This document shows positions 48,842 to 57,648 of a stretch of 64,000 nucleotides of DNA, in pieces (within the stretch, counting starts at the first letter, position 1; every line of letters starts with the position of its first letter). The position numbers and the translations under genes were made by a program. Source of the DNA: a virus; the IMG/VR virus record IMGVR_UViG_3300032291_002123, positions 1 to 64,000 of that record. One strand, given 5' to 3'. The notes below the pieces were generated by a model that was not told the origin of the DNA, did not search any database, and was given only the letters and a program-made list of their open reading frames with translations.

Positions 48842-49160
48842 ATCCGCAGTTGGTGTCTTTCTTGAAGGCTAGCATCTTTCCAGAAGAGGTCTTCACCTTG
48901 GAGTCTTCTTCCTGCTTTGGGTTCTTAATGAACTCTTGGATGCTCTCTTGGAAAACTATCTGTGCGCCATCAGGAGAGTCGGTGGCAATTACAACCATAG
49001 GAACGTCGACGTCATTGGTTATAACGATAACTCGAGCCGTTTGGATGTAGAAAGCGCCGTCTTGCTGAGGGTGGGATTGTAAGAGTTCGAGATTGCCGTC
49101 TTTGAAGGATGCAGGGGCGACGGAAACGTGGCAAGGAAAGATGTCGGATTGGATTTTCAT
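48774..49160 (-). CDS. Hypothetical protein with CGCG motif
   Basis: 128 aa ending NCGCGSRLRSW. Confidence 0.6.
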   Translation of the reverse strand: MKIQSDIFPCHVSVAPASFKDGNLELLQSHPQQDGAFYIQTARVIVITNDVDVPMVVIATDSPDGAQIVFQESIQEFIKNPKQEEDSKVKTSSGKMLAFKKDTNCGCGSRLRSWNPYRTLSSTKDPSA

Positions 49161-49162
49161 GT

Positions 49163-49666
49163 TTATTTTCCTAGACGTCGAGCGATTGCACGGTTAGTAA
49201 CGTTTGACGCTCTAGCAATCTCCGAAATGGTTACGTTTTCATTATACAGGCTTTGAATTAGGAGGTTGAACTCGACGTTGGCTAATGCAGGTAGGGACGT
49301 CGACGCCATCCCACTACGGAATAGACGTGCTTCTTGGCTTAGAGTGGCTAGTTTCTTCTGGACGTCGACGGGAATGCCTGGCGAAAGCGGAGTCTTGCGC
49401 TGGTAACCCTTAGGCGGTGGAGTGTCGTCACCCCAAGGAGTTGGAACTGGATTTTGAGTGACGTTCGTCTGAGAAGCCGTTTTCACCCAATACTGAATGG
49501 TTGAACGTCCGAAAGGCGGTGAGAACGCTGCTCCGATTGCTTGTAAAGTCCAACCGACGTCGTAAAGTTGCTTCGCACGATACTTGAGTTGGCGTTGCGT
49601 AAGGGTGCCGAGCAACTCAACTTCCTGCGGGGGGAGTTTCTGGTCACGGGCATACTGTCTGGACAT
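49163..49666 (-). CDS. Double HTH DNA-binding protein (paralog of 52707..53255)
   Basis: GWTLQAIG..GRSTIQYW and VTISEIARASNVTNRAIARRL. Confidence 0.7.
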   Translation of the reverse strand: MSRQYARDQKLPPQEVELLGTLTQRQLKYRAKQLYDVGWTLQAIGAAFSPPFGRSTIQYWVKTASQTNVTQNPVPTPWGDDTPPPKGYQRKTPLSPGIPVDVQKKLATLSQEARLFRSGMASTSLPALANVEFNLLIQSLYNENVTISEIARASNVTNRAIARRLGK

Positions 49667-50221
49667 AATGTATTACTTTAGCACGAAAGTTCGAATGGTA
49701 TTTCTTTGGAAAAATTTTTGGGGGATTCTTATGCTACAGAGGGCGTTACGGTTTCGTTATAATAACTTTTTACTGACGGCAAAAATGATACATTAACGTA
49801 TTTTGGATTTGTTGCGTGAGAGGGCAGCGGTTATATTTCGACGCTCCCAGAAACGTTTCCGGAAACCATTTGATTGGTCAAAGGTCGAATTGTTTGGATG
49901 CGAATGACATTTGATTGATGTCGAGTTGCGATGGTGAAGTCAGGTTGTCAATGTTGCTATGTCATAAAAATGGATGACAACCTGTTCAGGTCGGGAATCG
50001 GCAATCGGCTACTTTCGCTTTGATTGTATCAATCAACAATCATTAGGAAGCAAACGATTATTTGTATTCTTGATGAGAGTGAATCTATGACATAAGAATT
50101 GACATAACTAATAAGCACTAAACAAAAGCAAAAGCAATTCGGCAATCAGAGAGATTTACTTTGATGCTAGTGAATTACAAAAGCCATAGGGGTCTTAGAT
50201 GATTGGCATCACTAACAAAGT

Positions 50222-50251
50222 TGATGAGTGTGATGAGTGATGAGTGATGAG
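50222..50251 (+). repeat. TGATGAG x4 short direct repeat in non-coding segment
   Basis: Copies at 50222, 50231, 50238 and 50245; one more at 50071. Confidence 0.8.
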
Positions 50252-50358
50252 TAGAACTATTACATAAGGATAGAGATAGGTCATCCGCATCTGAGGTCAT
50301 CAATCACATAATGATTTTTATTTGTTAGGTGATAGAAGTCGGGTAAGGTAATCCTTAC

Positions 50359-50387
50359 TTGACATCAAACATAGATGCCCATAACCT
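50359..50387 (+). promoter_or_regulatory. Sigma70/SigA-type promoter for the phosphatase
   Basis: TTGACA-N17-TAACCT. Confidence 0.65.
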
Positions 50388-50429
50388 TGATACTGACACC
50401 ATAAACAAAATCAAAAGGATGAAGCACTA

Positions 50430-50966
50430 ATGAATGACAATGACGGCGCACAATCGGCAAGCGATACCAGAGAATCATTTGCGGCAATAGACCGCAGAAC
50501 TTATCCGAAGTATACGCCCGTATGGTCAGAGATTCTGCCAGGCTTATGGCAAGGCGGCACATTAGATTCTGATAAGCACAATCAATACGCCGTACCGCTA
50601 ATCTCAAAGAGAGAGTTCGATTCGGTATTTACTTTGTATGCTCACGCCAATCCTGTTGATTGGTTTGTGAAAGAGTTTCGATTTGGGTTTATGGATAGCG
50701 ATGATACTGAGTTTGACACGGCACTACTAAAAAGAGTTGTTGCTCTTGCTCACGGCGATTGGAAGCGTGGCGAGAAAGTTCTCATTAGATGTCAAGCAGG
50801 TCTCAACCGCTCAGGCATAATCACCGCACTAGTTCTTATTCGTGATGGTCATTCTCCGAGCGAAGCAATTACTCTAATGAGAGCGAAGCGGAACGATTGG
50901 GTTCTATTCAATCCACACTTTGAGAAGTGGATTCTCAAACAATCACCGCAAGAGTGGCAAGACTAG
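50430..50966 (+). CDS. Dual-specificity (Cys-based CX5R) phosphatase
   Basis: SEILPGLWQGG; P-loop VLIRCQAGLNRS; AITLMRAKR..NPHF. The only convincing plus-strand gene. Confidence 0.85.
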   Translation: MNDNDGAQSASDTRESFAAIDRRTYPKYTPVWSEILPGLWQGGTLDSDKHNQYAVPLISKREFDSVFTLYAHANPVDWFVKEFRFGFMDSDDTEFDTALLKRVVALAHGDWKRGEKVLIRCQAGLNRSGIITALVLIRDGHSPSEAITLMRAKRNDWVLFNPHFEKWILKQSPQEWQD

Positions 50967-52351
50967 CGAAGTCTAAACAAACTCGAACGAGGGTCAGCAA
51001 GTTTCTTACTACCCATCGAGCGAGCAGTAATCTTTCCGCCAACGAACCCGGCAGGTGGCTTGATTAGTAAAGCCGTAAGAGCGTGAACAAGCGCATCAAC
51101 TCGGTCAGGTGATTTGCCCTCACCCGGAATCCAAGAATACATTTGTGATTCGAGGTCTACGAGGTAGCCAACGTGATGAACACGCCCTTGCTCATAAGCA
51201 AGAGTTACGGGTTCGGCTCTCAGCGCTTTGCCGTATTTGCTATGAACCTCTAACACTTTGATGGTCGGGTCAATCGCATTGATGGCATTGCGAACTAGCG
51301 CACCTCCTTGGTTCACCTCGGCGATAACCGGGCAACCCCATTTGCGAGCCATAGCCACAACTTTGTTAGCCCAGACCTCAGGCGAACCTAACACCGAAGC
51401 ATCCTCCAACACCCAAGCATTACGCTTATACAAGTCTCGCTCACCCGTCGATGAAACAACTACGATGCCACATTCATCACGAGGGTTCTCCGCAACTGAT
51501 GGGTCTACACCGATACAACGAAGTGGGGTGTTAGGTGGGTAAGTAGATTGTCTGTGCTTCTCGATGAGTTCCTCTGTCCATAGCGCACCCTCGACAGCAT
51601 CAAGCATCTCTCCATAAAGTTCTTGCTGTGCCAATCGAGTTCCAGCATAGACACCTGTAATCGCATCAATGTATGAGTTCGAGAGGTTGCCCGAGTTATC
51701 CATAGTCGAGCCACGAGTAATCACTACTCTGCCAGACTTAGCCTCCTCGATAAGTTTGTAAAGCAACGGCACACGCTTAGGTGTGGTGGTCACTAAGATT
51801 TGTGGGTTAGAGCCTAGACGAGTTCCAACTCGCAAGTTGTCGAACGCTGTCATACCGGCAGCATCAGGTGTCTGTCTCCAAGCAGCAATCTCATCGCCCC
51901 AAGCGTGAGTGAACTGAGGACCACGAAGTGAGTCAGGTTCATCCGCAGTAAAGCAAGTTGCTGTATTGCCATTGGGCCAAGTCAATCGTCGCTTAGATGG
52001 TTCGTAGAGTGGTCGCTCACTAGGTGGCGAGACATTCATAATCCCAGACTCACCCTCGACGATAACATCTCGCACATCCGCCGCAGTTCTAGCAACAAGA
52101 GCGAAACGCCTTTGCCCCGTGGTCGTGTATTTCGCTTGGTCTCGCACCCATTCGGCTGCCAGCCTAGTCTTACCGAATCCACGCCCAGCCATTACTAGCC
52201 AGATGTTCCAATCGCCCTCGGGTGTTTGCTGTTCAGGTCTACCCCAGACACTCCAATCCCATAGCAACGAGTCGGCATCCATACCAGATAAAGCCAACGC
52301 TCTTTCGTCGTCAGGCAGTTCAGCGAGAAGTTCCATAATACTTTTAGACAT
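50963..52351 (-). CDS. terL: Terminase large subunit
   Basis: Walker A AGRGFGKT, Walker B AWGDE, coupling motif TTTP, nuclease GVDP..DECG..EVNQGG..SPDRVDAL. Confidence 0.95.
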   Translation of the reverse strand: MSKSIMELLAELPDDERALALSGMDADSLLWDWSVWGRPEQQTPEGDWNIWLVMAGRGFGKTRLAAEWVRDQAKYTTTGQRRFALVARTAADVRDVIVEGESGIMNVSPPSERPLYEPSKRRLTWPNGNTATCFTADEPDSLRGPQFTHAWGDEIAAWRQTPDAAGMTAFDNLRVGTRLGSNPQILVTTTPKRVPLLYKLIEEAKSGRVVITRGSTMDNSGNLSNSYIDAITGVYAGTRLAQQELYGEMLDAVEGALWTEELIEKHRQSTYPPNTPLRCIGVDPSVAENPRDECGIVVVSSTGERDLYKRNAWVLEDASVLGSPEVWANKVVAMARKWGCPVIAEVNQGGALVRNAINAIDPTIKVLEVHSKYGKALRAEPVTLAYEQGRVHHVGYLVDLESQMYSWIPGEGKSPDRVDALVHALTALLIKPPAGFVGGKITARSMGSKKLADPRSSLFRLR

Positions 52352-52363
52352 AGGTCTATTGTA

Positions 52364-52630
52364 TTACTGATTCTCCCTAAGCATTAGAGTCAAACCGAGC
52401 GCAGTTAGTTCAACGCTCACCGCAATCAACGCCTCAATCCGAGCGTTCATCCTCGCTATGTATGGCGGTGGTTTTGGGTGTCCATCATTTAGCGAGTCTT
52501 GGGTTTGGCTTATCAACTTACTGAACAGCGCACAATACATCTCGCAATGAACCGAGTGGGTAATCTCACCCCATTCGATTTCGCTGTTGTATTTTTCGTA
52601 TAGGTCTTTTGTCATTTTATTCATAATCAA
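52364..52630 (-). CDS. Hypothetical protein
   Basis: 88-aa ORF downstream of a promoter motif. Confidence 0.55.
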   Translation of the reverse strand: MIMNKMTKDLYEKYNSEIEWGEITHSVHCEMYCALFSKLISQTQDSLNDGHPKPPPYIARMNARIEALIAVSVELTALGLTLMLRENQ

Positions 52631-52653
52631 AATGTATCACGCACCTCTGACAT
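52631..52653 (-). promoter_or_regulatory. ATGTCAG-N10-TACATT promoter
   Basis: Member of the repeated promoter class. Confidence 0.55.
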
Positions 52654-52662
52654 TCTGAGATA

Positions 52663-52696
52663 AAGAAAGACCCCAACCGAAGTCGAGGTCTTTCTT
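52663..52696. terminator. Intrinsic terminator-like hairpin
   Basis: AAGAAAGACC...GGTCTTTCTT. Confidence 0.65.
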
Positions 52697-52706
52697 GGTT
52701 GTCCGA

Positions 52707-53255
52707 TTAGGCAACTCGGTTCTTGCTGTTGATTGGTTTGTATACCTTAGAGGTAGCGTTAGGCGCAGGTTTGTATCCATAGCGAGCAAGTCGGAATCGA
52801 ATTGCCCCGTGAGATACGCCTAGTCGCTTTGCCAATCGGTAGAGCGTAACTCCATCTATGCTGTGCGCTTGGTTCAGCAAGCGAGTGTATTCCTCTGCCT
52901 CAGCACGATACCTAGGCGAGTGAGAGCGAACCTGTTGCGCTAGCGGTTGTAGTTCGAGCAGACGAGTTAGAATCTCGTCAGACGGCTCAACATACTCACG
53001 CTTGATTTTCTCAGGGTGGAATGGTGGTGTCGGAATGATGTAGTCGTCTCCTAGTTCAAGACCGGGAGATTTCATTTCGATAATCTGTCGGATACGCTCA
53101 CGAGAGATACCGCAAGCATTTGCGATTGATTGAAGTGTCCAACCCATCGCTCTCAACTTGCGAACATACTCGTTGCGCTCGTCTCCGTCTTTGATTGTAA
53201 GAATCTTTGCTCTTACCTCAGGCGGTAGAGTGATTTGTCTTTTCATTTGGTTCAT
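52707..53255 (-). CDS. Double HTH DNA-binding protein (paralog of 49163..49666)
   Basis: GWTLQSIANACGISRERIRQI and GVTLYRLAKRLGVSHGAIRFRL. Confidence 0.75.
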   Translation of the reverse strand: MNQMKRQITLPPEVRAKILTIKDGDERNEYVRKLRAMGWTLQSIANACGISRERIRQIIEMKSPGLELGDDYIIPTPPFHPEKIKREYVEPSDEILTRLLELQPLAQQVRSHSPRYRAEAEEYTRLLNQAHSIDGVTLYRLAKRLGVSHGAIRFRLARYGYKPAPNATSKVYKPINSKNRVA

Positions 53256-53331
53256 TTGTCTGTCCTTATGTTGTTGTTTCTAGTTTAGATGGTTTGTTCA
53301 GTTCGTCAAGAGTTGTATGCTCTTGGCTAAC

Positions 53332-53700
53332 TTAGTCAATAATCAATTTCACCTTGTCATCTCCATCAAAGACGGCAAGTAAGGTTGCTTCATCAACCAC
53401 GCCCGTGATTTGTAATCCGTTTTTCTCTTGGAATAACATAATGTCGCTCTTAGTAGCATCACCGAACCAGCCCTCTTTGTCTTTGAGAGCAAGTGTGAAG
53501 CCCAACTCGGCAAGTCTCTGCTGTAAGTAGTAGACACTCACCGAACGCTTAGAGATTGGGTTCTTGAATACAATCGCAGATAGGCGAACCTCAGCGATGT
53601 CGTCAAGTTTTATCCCAGCCTCAACCAATTTCCGCTCTTGGTGAGCATAAACTTGGTCTAAGGATACGGGAATAGGCACTTTGTATCGCTTTTCGGTCAT
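53332..53700 (-). CDS. Peptidoglycan-binding domain protein
   Basis: VYYLQQRLAELGF..GWFGDAT...FQEKNGLQITGVVDEATL, a PG_binding_1 pattern. Confidence 0.75.
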   Translation of the reverse strand: MTEKRYKVPIPVSLDQVYAHQERKLVEAGIKLDDIAEVRLSAIVFKNPISKRSVSVYYLQQRLAELGFTLALKDKEGWFGDATKSDIMLFQEKNGLQITGVVDEATLLAVFDGDDKVKLIID

Positions 53701-53870
53701 TCAGACCTCTGTGCGAGGATTGATGCCACGATAGCCCCAGAAGCAAGGGAAATCACTAAATTAGTGGCTCCGGGAGCCAAAATAGCCACAAAAATAGCCA
53801 AAATCGTCAAAAATACAGCAAAAATGGCACTCCAAACCACATTTTTCAGCAAAAATCGCAGTTTATTCAT
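53697..53870 (-). CDS. Small membrane protein (57 aa, below ORF-track cutoff)
   Basis: MNKLRFLLKNVVWSAIFAVFLTILAIFVAILAPGATNLVISLASGAIVASILAQRSE; AGGAG RBS; ATGA overlap with the next gene. Confidence 0.6.
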   Translation of the reverse strand: MNKLRFLLKNVVWSAIFAVFLTILAIFVAILAPGATNLVISLASGAIVASILAQRSE

Positions 53871-53912
53871 CTTTTTTCTCCTTTTTAGAGGTCGGCAGCA
53901 CTACCCCAAGCA

Positions 53913-53935
53913 AAGGGCCGCTGTTTTTCCACGCA
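53913..53935 (+). repeat. Bipartite motif AAGGG-N7-TTTTCCACGCA, copy 1
   Basis: aaggg ccgctgt ttttccacgca. Confidence 0.85.
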
Positions 53936-54038
53936 TTTTGTTTCTTTATTATGATTTTCTGTATAACATAATACAAACCTCCATAAATAGCAAGCAATCC
54001 GAGCAGAGATAGCACGATAATTAGTTCCATTTGAGTTC

Positions 54039-55034
54039 CTAACTCCTAACCAATGTATTCGAGTAGATGTCTTTGACAACATTTGCCCAGATTCTAGGCG
54101 TGTGGGTCTCGGCTTGGTATCCGCCAGCCCCGCCAATCAACACTCGCCCCTTACAATGCTTGTTAGCAAGGTCAGCGACAACACTTGAAGCATAGCGGTA
54201 GCCATCGTAGGTGTATTTCAAGCCCCAGCCCTCGCCCTCGTGTCCATCTGCCCCTGTTGCGAGCAGAATTACATCAGGCTCATACTCGTCAATCTTTTCG
54301 GCAATCAGGTCAATAGCCCAAGCCAACGCCTCGTCGCCCTCTCCTCGCTGTAAGTTGAAGTTATACCAATGCTTGTCAGGGTCAGAGTATTCGTAGTTGC
54401 CTAGGTCATCCATCCCTCGCAACCAAGTGTCTGAGTGAACAGGGTAGACTCCGTGTCCGTGAATCGAGAAGGTGGGTATGTCCGTATCCTCTAAGAGATT
54501 CTGAACGCCGTCGCCAGCGTTTACATCCCAATCGATGTAGGCAACTTTCAAGCCAGCCTTACGAAACTCTTTCGCAGCCCAAGCGAAGTCATTGAATACA
54601 CAGAAGCCCTCAGACCAGCCGTATTGTGCGTGGTGTTTAGCACCCTGTGGATTGAAGCCAACCTGAGTTTCGCCAGCAATCATTTTCTCAACAAGGCGAG
54701 CAGTTCCAGCGAACATCTGAAAGGCGGTGTTGCCCATCTCTGTGCGCTTTCCATCCCAATCGTGAGACACTCCCTTATCAATTACCTCGCTCACGAACTT
54801 AGGGTCGTGGATAGTCTCCAACGCCTCCCTATCGCCATCACGGATTTCGGGTTCGATAATCTCCACATTATCCGCACCAAGTTCCTCGGTAATGTATTGG
54901 GTAGCCAACTTAGCCCTAATCGGTTTCGTAGGGTGCGAGCCATCGCCAGAGCCTAACTGCCATTTGAGGTAGTCGTCGCTGTAAGCGATTGTTAGTTTAT
55001 TTGGGTATGTCAATCTGTCCTTTTTTTCTTTCAT
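54039..55034 (-). CDS. Zn-dependent HDAC/AcuC-family deacetylase
   Basis: HPTKPIR, GAKHHA..SEGFCVFND, YIDWDVNAGDG, SIHG, GADGH and GAGGY motifs. Confidence 0.9.
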   Translation of the reverse strand: MKEKKDRLTYPNKLTIAYSDDYLKWQLGSGDGSHPTKPIRAKLATQYITEELGADNVEIIEPEIRDGDREALETIHDPKFVSEVIDKGVSHDWDGKRTEMGNTAFQMFAGTARLVEKMIAGETQVGFNPQGAKHHAQYGWSEGFCVFNDFAWAAKEFRKAGLKVAYIDWDVNAGDGVQNLLEDTDIPTFSIHGHGVYPVHSDTWLRGMDDLGNYEYSDPDKHWYNFNLQRGEGDEALAWAIDLIAEKIDEYEPDVILLATGADGHEGEGWGLKYTYDGYRYASSVVADLANKHCKGRVLIGGAGGYQAETHTPRIWANVVKDIYSNTLVRS

Positions 55035-55043
55035 CGTGTTTCT

Positions 55044-55072
55044 AAGTTATCAAATAAACTAGAAAAAGTCAA
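55044..55072 (-). promoter_or_regulatory. SigA-type promoter for the deacetylase
   Basis: TTGACT-N17-TAACTT. Confidence 0.65.
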
Positions 55073-55076
55073 GTTT

Positions 55077-55099
55077 TGCGTGGAAAATCCTTGACCCTT
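55077..55099 (-). repeat. Bipartite motif copy 2
   Basis: Plus strand tgcgtggaaaa tccttga ccctt. Confidence 0.85.
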
Positions 55100-55305
55100 T
55101 GTAATAAGCCTTATGTAATAACTTAGTCTCCGAGGTGTTCGTGCCTATCGTGCTTGTTCAGCCAATCGGTAAGCCAGAATAAGCCAGCCAGCATTATGAC
55201 GATAGAGCCAATAACAGCACCAAAAATTAGTAGAGTTTCCATAGCCATAATCTAGCATAAAAGAAACCCCCTGACATAAGTCAAGGGGTCGTGTCTTTTT
55301 AGGGT

Positions 55306-55551
55306 CTAGCCCTCCACAGAAGCCTCATAGAAAGGCGGAAGTGGTTGAGTTGATGCCAGAGCCTTGCCGAACTTTTCTATCGCCAAGCAGGTGTCAGCAA
55401 TCCAAGTGTCGTAAAGCACCTTGTCCACACCTGAGTGGGCTTCGTTCTTTTTTGCTTTCAACTCGGTAAGCGAGAACAAAAGAACGCTTTTCATAAATTG
55501 TAGTTCTTGGGTCTCGAACTCTACTGAGGTTGAGGTTTTTGTTTCTGTCAT
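55306..55551 (-). CDS. Hypothetical protein
   Basis: 81-aa ORF with GGAG RBS. Confidence 0.6.
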   Translation of the reverse strand: MTETKTSTSVEFETQELQFMKSVLLFSLTELKAKKNEAHSGVDKVLYDTWIADTCLAIEKFGKALASTQPLPPFYEASVEG

Positions 55552-55565
55552 TTCTTTCTCCGTTT

Positions 55566-55994
55566 CTAGTTGTTTTTGTTGTTTAGGTAGTTGATGTAGC
55601 CGTCGCTGTTGATTTCTGCCTGATACTCGTCGGCATACACCCTCGGGTTAGTTTCTACTCTTGGGTAAGCACAGGTAGAGCAAAGGTCGTAGTCGATGTC
55701 AATCCCAACTCCGCAAACGCACTTGCGCTCCTCCAACTCCTCGGGTTCGGGTTCGATGTCTCGGGTATCGCCCTCGTCGATAATCGGGTTAGCCAATCGC
55801 TCTCGCTCATACTCCTCACCCTGAGCAACTCCAACCTCGTAGCCCGTGTCATAGGCGAGGTCGAAAATCATACGGGTGTTGTAGAGGTGTAGGTATGGTT
55901 CGGTCTTGTTATACCAATCCCAGAACGCAGCCTCTCGCACTCGTGCTTTTCGGGTGCTTACATCTAGGAAAGCGTTTACTTCGTCTTGTGTCAT
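55566..55994 (-). CDS. Hypothetical protein with CxCG..CxxC zinc finger
   Basis: KCVCGV..LCSTCA; AAAGGA RBS. Confidence 0.65.
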   Translation of the reverse strand: MTQDEVNAFLDVSTRKARVREAAFWDWYNKTEPYLHLYNTRMIFDLAYDTGYEVGVAQGEEYERERLANPIIDEGDTRDIEPEPEELEERKCVCGVGIDIDYDLCSTCAYPRVETNPRVYADEYQAEINSDGYINYLNNKNN

Positions 55995-56015
55995 TTTTGT
56001 CCTTTCTACAATACT

Positions 56016-56044
56016 AGGTTAGTCCGTGTCGAAGTGTTTGTCAA
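56016..56044 (-). promoter_or_regulatory. SigA-type promoter
   Basis: TTGACA-N17-TAACCT. Confidence 0.65.
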
Positions 56045-56252
56045 GTTCACTCGCCAAATAATTTACGGCAATCGCAAGAATTAGGAAACACCCACCGATT
56101 AGCAGATTTGAGAATACAAGAGCATAACCAAAAGTTCCGCTAAACAGGATTGCCAGAGCAACTCCTCGAAGTAGGATTACCAATCCCTCCCGATTGTTCT
56201 TGCTCACTTGTTCCTCTGCGGTCTGCTCTTGGCGATTTGATTTATAGCCCAA
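56019..56252 (-). CDS. Small membrane protein (start uncertain)
   Basis: Two hydrophobic segments. Confidence 0.5.
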   Translation of the reverse strand: MGYKSNRQEQTAEEQVSKNNREGLVILLRGVALAILFSGTFGYALVFSNLLIGGCFLILAIAVNYLASELDKHFDTD

Positions 56253-56348
56253 GCAAAAGCCAACGCCCCAGATACAATCAGCCCAATAGCAGCCACTAAA
56301 AGTAGTTCTCTCATTTTGTCCTTTCGTCGTTTCTATGTTAGCACATTA

Positions 56349-56615
56349 TCACAGATAAGGCAACATACCAAGCCGTCTCGACAATTCTGCCTCACATTGC
56401 GTTGAGAGGTCGCCAAAGACCTCCTCAGCGTTCGGGATAGTTCCTGACCTGTCTAGGTAAGTAATCCCAGCGATAAGGCTCACGAGAGTGTTTACCGAGA
56501 ACTCAATCTCATTGTCAAAGTCTAAAAATCCAGCGGTGAAGTTGTCGTTCACTCGATTGACAAAGGCGACGATTTCGTCGTCTGTCATTTCGGTAATGCT
56601 TTTTTCGGCAGCCAT
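56349..56615 (-). CDS. Hypothetical protein
   Basis: 88-aa ORF with RBS. Confidence 0.6.
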   Translation of the reverse strand: MAAEKSITEMTDDEIVAFVNRVNDNFTAGFLDFDNEIEFSVNTLVSLIAGITYLDRSGTIPNAEEVFGDLSTQCEAELSRRLGMLPYL

Positions 56616-56654
56616 AGTAAGCCTTTCTTTGTTTATTATTTTAGCAGATTATTC

Positions 56655-56677
56655 TGCGTGGAAAATCCCCTACCCTT
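56655..56677 (-). repeat. Bipartite motif copy 3
   Basis: Plus strand tgcgtggaaaa tccccta ccctt. Confidence 0.85.
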
Positions 56678-56726
56678 TACGACAGAGCCGAACTCTCGCT
56701 CGGCTTGTCGGTGGGTGGGTGTATCC

Positions 56727-56945
56727 TTACCCGAAAAGATTTTTCCAGCAGGGTGGGCAATACCCTGATTGGAAACGCTCACGCTGGTCGGCGGTGAGAT
56801 TAGGGAAAGCGTTTTGTATCAACGCCCCCTGATTGTAATCGAACAGGTTCTTGGAACTGACCTCAACCTGAATAGTTCCCTCACACTTAGGGCAAGGCTT
56901 AGAGGTTGCGAGATACTCGCCCTCTTTGATTTTCTCGAACTTCAT
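56727..56945 (-). CDS. Small zinc-ribbon protein
   Basis: CPKC...IQNAFPNL..RE..SGYCPPCW. Confidence 0.65.
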   Translation of the reverse strand: MKFEKIKEGEYLATSKPCPKCEGTIQVEVSSKNLFDYNQGALIQNAFPNLTADQRERFQSGYCPPCWKNLFG

Positions 56946-57107
56946 TTTGCTCTCCTTTTTATTTTCTAACTAAACACGAACTCGGTAAACTCGCCAAGCG
57001 AGATTTCGCCACGGATAAGTTGCCATAGCAAAAGTGTCTGCCTCTTTTTTCGTAGCGAACTGATAAGGCTGAACACCTTGACCACGAACCTCAATAACCC
57101 AAATCAT

Positions 57108-57596
57108 TTACACCAACTCCTGTTCATCTTGTAAAACCACAAGCGAGACCACGCCTCGCTCTTTGATTGGGTAGAACCCATACTGACCACGAGCAAAGTG
57201 GTAGTAGACATTAGCCAACTTGTAGCCCTTGCTCTCGTAGAACTTTTGCTGTTTGCCGTAAGAATTAGCAACCGAAACATTGACCCACGATACAGAACCA
57301 TCTGGGTTGTTTACTCGCCACACCTTGCCATACTTGCCGTCTACAATTTTTGCGTCTACGACATTACCCTCCAAGTCGAGCAAAGCGTTTTCGTAATCAA
57401 CGCCGTGATTGCGAGCCAAGCGAGCCTCACGGATGTGTTCACGATACATACCCTCGTGATAAAAAGCGTAGCCGTCGTTATCCAAAATACGCTGTTTGTC
57501 TAACTCAACAGCGTGAGCGTTCTGCTCACACTCGACAGCGTGAGCCTCCCACTCTTGTGGCGAAACTCCCTCACGATACCAAATCGAAACTGACAT
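57108..57596 (-). CDS. Hypothetical protein
   Basis: 162 aa with AGGAG RBS; VDAKIVDGKYGKVW. Confidence 0.7.
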   Translation of the reverse strand: MSVSIWYREGVSPQEWEAHAVECEQNAHAVELDKQRILDNDGYAFYHEGMYREHIREARLARNHGVDYENALLDLEGNVVDAKIVDGKYGKVWRVNNPDGSVSWVNVSVANSYGKQQKFYESKGYKLANVYYHFARGQYGFYPIKERGVVSLVVLQDEQELV

Positions 57597-57616
57597 TTGT
57601 ATCTCCTTTCACTAAA

Positions 57617-57646
57617 ATAGTATCAAAGACTACTGACATTTGTCAA
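57617..57646 (-). promoter_or_regulatory. Promoter with ATGTCAG element
   Basis: TTGACA-A-ATGTCAG-N10-TACTAT. Confidence 0.7.
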
Positions 57647-57648
57647 GT

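Noticed and set aside
5830-49050. Many short plus-strand and off-frame ORFs overlapping structural genes
   Set aside because: Antisense or alternative-frame shadows of long, well-supported genes.
50222-50251. TGATGAG repeats as a CRISPR array
   Set aside because: Units are 7 bp with no spacers; no cas genes or CRISPR-like repeats were seen anywhere.
49584-50607. ORFs 49584..49796 (+) and 50365..50607 (-)
   Set aside because: They overlap better-supported genes on the opposite strand and lack RBS or protein-like motifs.
24884-52351. Inteins or introns explaining the giant ORFs or lying in terL
   Set aside because: No C-terminal HN-(C/S/T) splice motif with Hint blocks or homing endonuclease motif was recognised; TerL is normal length.
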